From contig NC_087254.1 of assembly GCF_037042905.1 (NCBI RefSeq), positions 10,974,001 through 11,038,000 of the forward strand: a DNA stretch of 64,000 bases, read 5' to 3'. The notes under the pieces were generated by a model, which saw nothing but the letters and a program-made list of their open reading frames with translations, did no database searches and was not told the origin of the DNA. This stretch comes from Lytechinus pictus. Lineage: Eukaryota. Both the position numbers and the translations under genes were made by a program. Positions within the stretch are counted from its first letter, which is position 1, and each line of letters opens with the position of its first letter. Below, piece after piece: positions 56,792 through 64,000 of the stretch.

Positions 56792-59700
56792 ATGGTTGGA
56801 TACAAGCCCTCTGGCTCTGCAGAGATTGACAAGGGACAGCACCGGCAACTGACGAAGGTTGACTACGGATTTGCAGGAGCAACTAGCGGGGTCTTCACCC
56901 GTGCCTGTTTGCAACCTCTCGATGTGCTAAAAATTCGATTTCAGGTGAAGACTGTAGTGTAACTAAGCCTTAGCTTAGCTTAGTCTAGACTTAGTCGATA
57001 ATATAGTCTAAGTGTAGCCTATAGACTGCCAATATTCGTTTTCATTTTAAAGCAGACCATAGGCTACATTTATTTTAGTCATTTTATTAAAGGAAACCAA
57101 AACCCAACTTCCCAATTAAGAAGAAAAGTAAATATTGGAAAGGGTAAAACAAGAGCCTGAGTCTGAGAAGAGGAAATATTTAAAACAAGACAAGAAATTA
57201 AAATAGGCAAGGTTATTACTGAAGACCGAGACTGAAGCTTGTGGTCTAATATTTCATCTCTTATTTCTGTATTCATAATTTCAAAATTATCTTTTTAATT
57301 TACTTGTCTCTTCAAAAACTTTTCCTTCTCCCTTTTCATTATATTCTGAATTTATTAATCTTTTTGTTAAATACTTTCATCATTCCCATGTTTACCATTT
57401 TAGTCATATGGCAAGTTCCCCTAAGTCTGCGCAGTCCACCTTGTCTGCGCATACGCGTATCTGCACGATTCTAGTAAAAGAAGATACGCAACGAACACAA
57501 ACTTTACACATCTAATGCATATAGACAGATATTAATTACAAAATCCGACTCACAATGGTAGAAAAATAATGAAATGTGGGCATTTCTTGTGACGGCCTCA
57601 AAATGCAGCCTTTCTCATCAAGATCCCCGAATCGCGTGCAAAGTGAATGGGTGCGCAGACATGGGGCACCATTTTTTTTCAATCTGAAAATGACTGCCCG
57701 AGGTTTTTTCCAAAAAAATCATATATTTCTTTCATGTTTTTATTAGATATTTGGCACACTAACTCATAATAATGATATAAGGAACATTATCAACTGAAAG
57801 ATTTTGTGAAATAAAAAGAAATTCATGTTAAATCTTAAAGGGGAATGAAACCTCAGGAACAAGTAGTCTTGTGTCAAAACAGAAAAATCAAACAAGAACA
57901 AAGAAAGTTTGAGAAAAATAGGACAAATAATGAGAAAGTTATGAGCATTTGGATATTGCAATCACTAATGCCATGGAGATCCATCCCCATTATTTGTGAA
58001 CAACTTTCCCTTTGATGGACTATAAAATACCCCCCAAATGTCTCCTTTTTTTTTCTTATGGTGATACAAACTCTTTATCCATGATGTATTCTTTGAAAAT
58101 CTGTATTACATGCCCTATAGAAATAATACATGATCTACTGATAGATGTGATAAAAAGAGGCAGTTTAAGTGAAATATATAATAAAGTAATGGGGAGAGTT
58201 GTTCACAAGTGACATCACACATCTTTGTCGCATTGCCAACGTGAGGATCTCCAAAGCATTAGTGATCGCAATATTCAAATGCTCATAACTTTCTCATTAT
58301 TTGTCTGATTTTTCTCAAACTTTCGTTGATCTGTTTCTTTGGTTTTTCTGTTTTCACACAAGGTATCTTGTTCCAAAGGTTTCATTCTCCTTTAACTCAA
58401 ATCGTTAGGTGCGCAGACTTGGGACCACCATCATATATACTTTTTTATCATTGTAGTCCTATTTACCAGTGCTAATTCTTTATTACCTGTCTGGTTAAAT
58501 GACATTCTCCTATTTTCTTTTTAATGTATCTTTTTAATAGTTTTATCGACTTATCGTTTTAGTTTGTTGATTTCTAATATGTTTCCCCTAAAATTTTAAA
58601 TAAACTTTAACATATTGCTCCCTTTTTATACTATATTCACCTTTGCAATATAATTGTCCTATCTAATATAATCTCCTCATATATATTTTGTAGAACTTTT
58701 TTGTAGAAGGATATAGATGAATTATGAACATGTACAAAAATTTGAAGCTCTTCAGATTTTTTTAAATTTGAAAATATAGATTAAATAGGAAATAGATGAA
58801 TATGAAGAGAAATAGATACTGAGAAAGAACAATGAAAAGGATGTGCTGAATATAATATTGAAGATAAAGAAAAAGATATTGAAAAGATAAATAGATATAG
58901 ATATGAAGATGTTGAAAGGAAGATGTGAAAAATTATCTAAAATCAAGAGATAAACAAAGAGACAAATTAGTATTAAAAAGACCGATATATTGAAAAAATA
59001 AATCAGTTATAAAGTGTCCGGAAATCTGAACTTGAAAGGCAGTATTTTTTTTTCTTCATACAATTGTGATTTCTTTCAAATGCAAGCTTCAAGAGGAGCC
59101 AATGAAAAGAGGTGTTTCCACTGCCAAGTACAATTCTATCTTACAAGCTGCTGGTTCTATTATCAAAGAAGAAGGGCTACAATCCTTATGGAAGGGCCAC
59201 GTACCTGCCCAAGCCCTCTCTATAATTTATGGTATTGCACAGGTAAGTTTTACTCAGTGTAATCATATTCGTAAATCTTGCATACTTTCAAATATAGGCC
59301 TATGCCTGATCTTATAATGTAAATTATATACTACTGAACCTCTTTATAATCTATCTCTTAACCCTTATGATCTGTTATAATAATTTTTTTTAAATGTCCT
59401 TTGTTTTGTTTAATTTATATATTGAATGCTCATTATTTTCTTTTAATTTATCTACTCTTTGTGTAATGTTTTTGTATGGTATTGTGCTATATGTAAACAT
59501 GTATATTTGAGTCACTTGCTGGCAATCATGTATTATTAATAAACCATTTCTATTCTATTTGATACTATGAATTTTATATTTTCCCCCAAAAGTTCCCATT
59601 ACTCAAGGTGTGATGAATATAAATTTATGATTCAAGATAATACGATTCCTTCAATAATGACTTGTATTTTTCACACATGATTCTTTTTCAGTTTGTAACA

Positions 59701-61576
59701 TTTGAAGGGCTGACGTACGCGGCCTACCCTCATCTTCCCAAGGAGTTGACAACCGGCGTGTACAAACCAGTCTATCACTTCGTGTGTGGGGGAGTGTCTG
59801 GGTGTGTGGCCACCCTTGTGTCACTCCCTGCGGATGTTCTCAGGACAAGACTAGTATCTCAGGGAGAACCAAAAGTAAGAAATCGTCGTTTTGTTTTTAA
59901 ATGCTTTAACCTCTTTGAAGCTGTATTGATTTAAAGGCAAAACCAACTCTTGTTATGAAAGACAATAAAGATTGTGAAAATATAAAAAAAAAGTGGACAA
60001 GCAGTAAAAAAAATATGAGGCTGTTTGAATAATGGGACAACAGAAGTGTGTAAATTTCAAAATGGCAATTGTGTGAGTTTATGTCTACTTTGCAATTATC
60101 ACATATTTGCCGTTTTCACTCAGTCGGTTACCTTTTCCCTAGGAGCAGTATTAAAAATTATTTGTATAGAGTTTGTATCAATTTAAAGGTTACAAAAAGT
60201 CACTGACACCATGCCTCACTGAACAAATTAATCCTACAAGACAATGGTACAAGTTTTTTTTTTCCATGTTTGTTGCAACATTTGTGAATAGGATAAAAAA
60301 ACTGATCAGTCAGTAAAAAAAATTTCAGTCTTGCATTCATTCAAAATGATTTTATACCTGTTGGTCATATTATTCATCAGTTACCTTATTCCTAATGCCT
60401 TTTCTATGTCATTGCTAATTTATTCATTTGTAGAGTTTACCTTGCAATTCTTATTAACAGAGCCTTTAATGGGAGCAGTTTTTTAAAAGTATTGAAATTC
60501 ATATGAGGTTACAATGTGCATGAGACTAAAATAAATGATATCATTTTTTTTATATGATCAACATGTTTTTACACCAAGTTCTTTCATGAGATTTGTTTCT
60601 TCCTTTTAGATTTACAAATCGATATCCCATGCTTTGCGCTCAATGTACATGGAAGCTGGGATACGGACATTCTACAAGGGTCTTACTCCAACAATGATAC
60701 TGCTCTTCCCTCAAACGGGATTTCAGTTTGGTTTCTACGGTCTTTTCACAAGGATTTGGAAGAAAGCACAGGATATGACTGATTTTCATCAGCTTGGTGG
60801 TGAGTGTTGGTTCTGAGTCATTGCCCAAACTTCACGAAGCAAGAGGAAACCCTAAAATGACTGGGCTATTTTTTATGCATATAAAGATTAAGGGTCCATA
60901 ATGCCCTCCCCCCAAGCTCTTTAATGTTGACTGCATAATCTCATAAAAAATCAGTATGTTTTCCATGACATAATCTACAAATACTGGAAACTAGAATTCT
61001 TAGAAAAACCCTGTAATTACAATACTTCCTAACTGTCCCTAATTGGGGAAAGGAAAAAACATCACCCATAATGAGCCTGTTTCCCTATTTTATGAAAGTT
61101 TATCCATAGAGTTGTATGTTACCAATATTACTTTTCATTGATTTATAATTTGTCCCTGTTTCTGGACTTGCGTTGTTGGCAGGTATGTAACTAAGTGATT
61201 TATGCATAGAATATGAGTGAAATAATGAATAAAGTAAATGAATCTCTCTCTATCTCTCTCTTTTTCACTGTCAGGTTTCCAATCCCTGCTCTGCGGTGGT
61301 CTTGCCGGTGTGTGTGCCAAGTCGGGGGTCTACCCATTGGACGTCATCAAGAAGAGGCTGCAGGTTCAAGGGTTCGAAGAGGCCCGTCGGCCCTTCGGTC
61401 GGGTCACCCGCTACAGCGGGTTCCTGCATTGCACCACCACAATAGCCAAACGGGAAGGGATGAGGGGGCTCTTCAGAGGGCTCTCACCCAGTCTCCTTAA
61501 AGCATTCTTCAGTGTAGGATTGAACTTTGCTGCCTATGAGAAGTGCTGTCAGTGGCTTGCTCGAGCAGACAGGTGA
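56792..61576 (+). CDS. SLC25A19: Mitochondrial thiamine pyrophosphate carrier, ~327 aa, 5 exons
   Basis: Exons 56792-56944, 59087-59242, 59692-59874, 60610-60799, 61275-61576 in frame (984 nt). Three carrier signatures [18 protein letters not shown] and [18 protein letters not shown], plus MVGY start and WKGHVPAQ, are characteristic of SLC25A19. Confidence 0.95.
57835..58395. mobile_element. TTAA-flanked palindromic element (Kolobok-like)
   Basis: TTAA-AGGGGAATGAAACCT / AGGTTTCATTCTCCT-TTAA with long inverted arms. Confidence 0.75.
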
Positions 61577-62783
61577 CGTGACATCACATCCGATACAGAG
61601 ATACATGCAGGCGTAGATCCAGCCAGATTTGACACAATAGTTTTAATAGGCCGACTAGTGTACAAAAACAATATGGCCCCTGAAACTGAAATGGTATTGT
61701 GTCAAATACTGCTGGAGCCGCACCTGTGTACATGTAGATCTATATATGCCGAAAAGGTGTGAAAAGTCTTCATGCAAATACCAACTCCTTGACTTAGCAT
61801 ATTTTTAAAATCTATTTATTTATAACCTATTTACTATGTAGTGTTGATCACTGCATAAAAATGCCTATACATGTTGTATAAGCATATGATTATAAATAAT
61901 ATTTATTACGTACAGGTGGGTCTTTGCATAAAAGCATGTTAACTCTTTTATTTCGTATATAAATAATATTTTTACATACTCTGTATCAGTCATTGTGCAG
62001 GTATACAATTTTTATGCACTTATTGATCACATACACATACATGTATTATATATGCTGTATCAATCAGTGCTTTACCAAGCCGGTCTTATTTGGTACACAT
62101 GATAAACATGTAGAGTTTTCCTACGCAATACTTAGAATTTATCATATGTTGTATTTGTAGGTGCACTTTAATCCCGGACTTTCATGCTTCGTATTAGACA
62201 CTTTCACACGCTTCCGTTCGTACCCTCCTCCGTTGTCCCCATCCTTTTGCGCGATCATCAAATCATCATCACAAACGTCCCGTGGCACAACAAACATCAA
62301 AACTTAAAAGATGAAACCTCACTAAGTAAATTTAGTTCGATGATCTATAATTCTAGTCATTCTGCAGGGTTCCGTTACACACTCATCGATCCAAAAATAC
62401 ACAGAATCAATCAATTAAAGTATTGAAAGGGAGTCAAATTCGGAAGGTTGAAAATTCGTATGCCTTCGCCTGGTCCCATCTTGTACACGTTTTTTATAAC
62501 AAAATACTGCCCCTCGTCAATTTTAAGCCCTTACCAAGTTTGAACAAGAGATGGCGCTATTTCACTTCTTGGCAGTAACAGTATGCATAAAGGCCACCGC
62601 ACGCACATCTTACGACTTTTCGCGATCTGATTTTGGAGCAAATCGCATTTTGATCATTTTTTGAAAATGTGAATGGAACATATCATTTTATTTGAGGTTA
62701 AAATTAATTGCAAAAAGAAGCTGCTGAAAACTGCTTATCTAATAAAAGAGAGCCAATGGAGTAAATTATAAAGTCAAAAAGGG

Positions 62784-62822
62784 GCCTAAGCTTTCGATCC
62801 TAGCAGAATCTTCGTCGGAGGC
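62784..62822 (-). ncRNA. Minimal type I hammerhead-ribozyme-like motif
   Basis: GCCU-CCGACGA-A-GAUUCU(GCU)AGGAUC-GAAA-GCUU-AGGC: stems I and II, palindromic AAGCUU as stem III; the core reads CCGA instead of CUGA. Confidence 0.5.
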
Positions 62823-63732
62823 AAAATGACAAACATATAAAGTGGAACAACCATAATATAGACCACAAACAAGCTACAGCAACACTAGAAACAAGGAGAC
62901 AAAAGGGGCATTAGTGAGTAGAGAAGACCAATCAGGTTAGTGAAGGGGATGAAAGAAAAGGAGTAGGCAGACACAAAGGGAAGTTAGTGTAAGTAAGGCC
63001 AAGAGGGATTAAGATAATGAGGCAGGCAACATCAAACAGGATCTGGAACAAAACAGTGATAGAGGGATGAATAACTAGAGAATTAGTGAGAGGTGGGTCA
63101 AACAGGTTACAAAGAAAGGCTTAATAAACTGGTGCATAGGAGTGGGGGGAAAAAAAGAAGAAAAAGAATGGGGAACAACTGATAATGTGCAAAAGACATA
63201 TAAGTATATATGATAAAGCATTAAACAAACTAAGAGAAGAAGGTAAGTGTAAATATGTATCTATAAGTGATATGTATATAAATATATCCAAAAAAGAAAT
63301 GTATATGAAAAAATATATAAATATATACACATATGGTGTAACTGATATGGTAATCCGCTAGGTGTGACGGGAAAAAACATAGACTATATAGTAGGAAAGA
63401 AAAAAAATCTGTATATGTGAAAAAGAGGAAGCAAATTGCCTAAAAAGGTAAAAGCAAATATAGAAGAGAGGGGGTGTATTATGAAGAAACCATAGTATAC
63501 ATGTAAATAAGCAAATGTGGTAAATCTAAAAGAGGTGAGTGGAGAAAAAACAAATATATATATATATATATAATAATTATTATATCGCCTGAATAAGGAA
63601 GGAAAAATTGGAGCTGAGCTTGTATGAGATATGGGAGGAAAGTAGAGTAAGAAACTATAATGTAACTATTCAAAAGAGCTGAGGGGAAAAATTATATGTA
63701 TATATAAATTGAAAGTGGATAGGAAAGAAAAA

Positions 63733-64000
63733 TCAGTCGTTCCCCTCTTGGATGTTCAGGCCATGAGGTTGGGTGGTGCGAAGTCGTCTCATCCAGAGCT
63801 TCTCCCTGCTAGTACGGACTGAGTCAGGACGGGTACCTAAAGATTCGATGCCCTGTAGCATCATGTCAGTGATGGAGTGGTTGGGGAGGTTAAAATGGCA
63901 GCCAACTGGAGTGTCCAGCTTTGCTGTGTTGACGGTGGATCTGTGCCCGTAGAATCGTTTCTTGAGTGTGGTCTTGGTTTCCCCTATGTATTGTACCCTA
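63733..64000 (-). CDS. GIY-YIG endonuclease domain of a Penelope-like element (partial, starts outside window)
   Basis: Translation VQYIGETKTTLKKRFYGHRS..PVGCHFNLPNHS..REKLWMRRLRTTQPHGLNIQEGND*. Confidence 0.85.
   Translation of the reverse strand, partial: RVQYIGETKTTLKKRFYGHRSTVNTAKLDTPVGCHFNLPNHSITDMMLQGIESLGTRPDSVRTSREKLWMRRLRTTQPHGLNIQEGND

Larger units (their letters stand above)
62717..64000 (-). mobile_element. 3' end of a Penelope-like retroelement
   Basis: GIY-YIG C-terminus, then ~1 kb of pyrimidine-rich 3' region, then a hammerhead-like motif. The left boundary is approximate. Confidence 0.75.

Overview
Intron-rich, AT-rich animal DNA; the repeat families and gene architecture look sea-urchin-like (inference). 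Four spliced genes were reconstructed by hand with consistent GT-AG phases. They form two head-to-head pairs: B9D1 (-, runs off the left edge) with a 15-exon secreted GH99/GH71-like glycoside hydrolase gene (+), and 16-exon eIF3b (-) with SLC25A19 (+). Highlights: (1) an apparently intact 8.7-kb hAT-like DNA transposon (15-bp TIRs, 7-bp TSD) in eIF3b intron 1, whose ~1230-aa transposase ends in two Spindlin (Spin/Ssty)-like Tudor modules, the second with an aromatic cage, suggesting chromatin-reader-guided transposition; (2) eight copies of one H/ACA snoRNA (probably SNORA65/snR34-like), one per intron of eIF3b, in two guide-pocket subfamilies; (3) tandemly duplicated splice junctions at both ends of eIF3b intron 9; (4) an orphan Cys-rich ORF directly downstream of eIF3b; (5) a Penelope-like retroelement end with a minimal hammerhead-like motif. 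Many MITEs and a tRNA-derived SINE fill the introns. Family assignments come from recalled motifs, not database searches.
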